Source: Lingula anatina (lineage: Eukaryota > Animalia > Brachiopoda). From it: a stretch of 64,000 bases of DNA. Made by a program: the position numbers and the translations under genes. The stretch covers positions 1,426,001-1,490,000 of the forward strand of contig CM120649.1 in the NCBI GenBank assembly GCA_051362555.1. Reading direction: 5' to 3'. The notes under the pieces are model-generated. The model was not told where the DNA came from. It did no database searches and saw only the letters and a list, made by a program, of their open reading frames with translations. Shown here piece by piece: positions 61,389 to 64,000 of this stretch. Every line of letters starts with the position of its first letter. The stretch's first letter is position 1.

Positions 61389-63807
61389 ATGTTCCTTCTG
61401 ATGGTGAAGAAAATACAAAACACTAGGTGGCTTCAGACGTTCTACTAGATGGCAGCAGTGTTGCTTACCCTAAGAATCATAGGCCTCATTGTGACCTTTC
61501 ACCTTATTTGCTGCTACAATAAACTCTGTGAAACATGGGGTAAACCTACTTTTGGTGTTGTCAATAAAATGCAGTTTCTTTTGAAATGCCAAATACCCTC
61601 TAGGTTGCCTTATTATTTTAAATCAATAACTTAAAACTTTTATTTTAAAAATAAAGATGATGCCATATTCTCAAGTCTGTTTATTTTTATATTGAAATAT
61701 GAAAATGTTGAACTAATTTGCAGTCTCTTAGTTTGATTTGGCACATAAAGTTTAATACAATTATTATATATTAAAAAAAAAAACATGAATATTGCAGTTG
61801 CGTGCCAAGTTAATTATTTGGGCATTATTTGGATTGATGATTTGTAACAAAAAGTAAAATATTGTTTATTATGCTGGAAAGGAATAGATTAATTATTATT
61901 ATTACTGATTTTGAAGTCTTAATATGCATTTTTCTCTAATATCTAATCTAGGAGTTTTCTGTAACAAATGATGTAATATCAGGTTATTCAGATCTTTATA
62001 ACTTAGTCTGTTGGTGTCAAGCTATAAGTTTAAGTTGTCTGTTATTTTAATTTACATAATTTCTATAATAGTAAGAAAATATTTGTTACTGTACCAGTTT
62101 TTGCACACTGAAAAATTGGAGAGAAGCGGGGCACAGAAGAAAAATATTAATGTTTTAGTGCATAAAGGACAGATAGGAATATTGAAAGGCAATGTAAAAT
62201 GAATAATCCATATCCAGCTTGTGTATAATGAATGTTTTTATCCTAATAGCTTTGAAAACTATATCAGTGTGTTTGTCTCATTTGCCTTCCAATGTAAATA
62301 TCAAGGCTTATTTTTAAAATAATTTTTATGAAAAAAGGGAGCAGAAATCTAACACTTTTCTATTTTGTATGTGTAACTTTTAATCATTGGGACACTTGAA
62401 GTTTGGCCCTGCCTTCACGATTATTATAGGCTGCCATTTTAGCCACAAAAATCTCAAAAATTTTAGAAAAGCATGGTTTGCGACATAAACAAACTGAAGT
62501 GTGGGAAAAATATAGAAACTTCTTGTAAATTAAAACTAACTGATGCCTTGTAGGCTGAATGCAGGGAAAGGAGGTAGATAATTAAATTTAATAAGAAAAA
62601 ATTGGAATCGAGTGTTTTGCGTGTCTTAAATAGGAATGCAGTCTGTCCCAGCCATACAATGTGGGGTGCGTGACAGCTGTGAAAAAAGTACAAAGTTTGT
62701 TTATTTTTTAGCTTTTCTTGTAAAGAGGGTAAAAAGGAATGTGTTAAGGTAAGAATAAGTGCTATTCTTAGTTCATAAAGTACATTATATCTTCAACAGA
62801 TCGTATATAAAATAGTCATAAATTGGTCCATCTTCAGAATTTCCATGCATCCTACCTACAGAAGTCCCCATTCCACCCTCGATCTGTTAGATCTTTAAGT
62901 AGTCCAATCCAGACTTCACATAGTTTATTATTATTACCTCCACCAAAAAACGTATGTTTTTGCCAGTATTGATTTGTCTGTCTCTTTCAATAATTGTAGT
63001 AACAATATGGAAGGAAGGATTTTGATTGATTTCTTAGGAAAGGCCAGAATTAAAAAGAAAGAAATGTTCATTATTGTATCATAATTAATCTCCTGCTCAA
63101 GTTATGGAGTTATTGCCTTAAAACAATACAGATTTTTGTGGAATGAAATATTTGTTTCTCATTATAATATTAATTATATGTATGTTTGTTTTATACCCTT
63201 CAAACCAGTCAAGTTGCATGCATATATATTTTCTTGCATTAATTATCTTTATATTTTGTTGAAATGAAAGTGAATAAAATGGAAATATATTTAAACTGAT
63301 AAAATATAAAACTTAAAATGATAACAAATACAATTAGTTATAAGTATCAGTTCATCCAGAATATTACTTTAATTTTCTGGTAACTACTCATACTTACAAT
63401 TAGAAAAGTTTTATAGTTTTTATTGGAATATTTTTTCTCCACAACATTGCAAATTCTTAATATTTTTTCTAGCCGTTTGAAAACAACATGTATCAGAATT
63501 TTTTAAAAATCATTTACAGAGGTATTGTGGCTAATGTTGTGTTGATAGCTGCTTTCTTGTCTACATGTAGTTGATTTTTTGAGTTGATGCTCCTGTTTGA
63601 TGTAACAATACTTGATATAATCATTGGTCTGAAAAAAAATTGCAATGCCTTTCTTAATTGTTTAAAAATTGTTTTACATCTTGTACATAAAAAATTATCT
63701 AATGTAAGTATAGCTGTACTTTGTTAAATTAGACCTAATGGATAAATAAATTCATTGCTACAGATATGTGTAACTTGTTTTTATTGGTCTAACATCGGTT
63801 TATTTTT

Positions 63808-63844
<37 letters not shown>

Positions 63845-64000
63845 CAACAAATTCTACAGTATTGCTAAATTAAACTAAATGGTTATGTCTTACATATACC
63901 ATTTTAAATAAACGATTAAACATGACCAGACGTCAATACGTTAATATGAAAACATTAAGGGAAAAAAGATTGCCTGAATGTCCATTTGTCAGATTCGGCG

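Overview
AT-rich, intron-containing animal genomic DNA, most likely from a marine invertebrate (inferred from gene content and repeat types; the species cannot be fixed). I assembled three spliced genes by hand from GT-AG sites and reading frame. (1) A 12-coding-exon K+-dependent Na+/Ca2+ exchanger (SLC24/NCKX family, +, 23088-36882, about 883 aa). (2) A two-exon CYP1-like cytochrome P450 (-, 39606-41623, 500 aa) with an atypical I-helix. (3) A phospholipid scramblase (PLSCR family, +, about 46000-61400, about 250 aa). The scramblase is the most striking feature. It has a duplicated, frame-enforced mutually exclusive Cys-rich exon pair, four intact paralogous alternative last exons plus a fifth frameshifted one, a triplicated exon end with its donor, an AG|GTAAG recursive-splice-like site, and complementary AGGTCA/TGACCT arrays beside the terminal exons. 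The first 23 kb has no identifiable intact gene. It holds MITEs and a 2.6-kb hAT-like element abutted by a perfect 137-bp palindrome. A Helentron-like element with a 161-bp tandem array lies in a scramblase intron, and CpG is visibly depleted over the scramblase gene body. All exon models are read from sequence only and need transcript confirmation.
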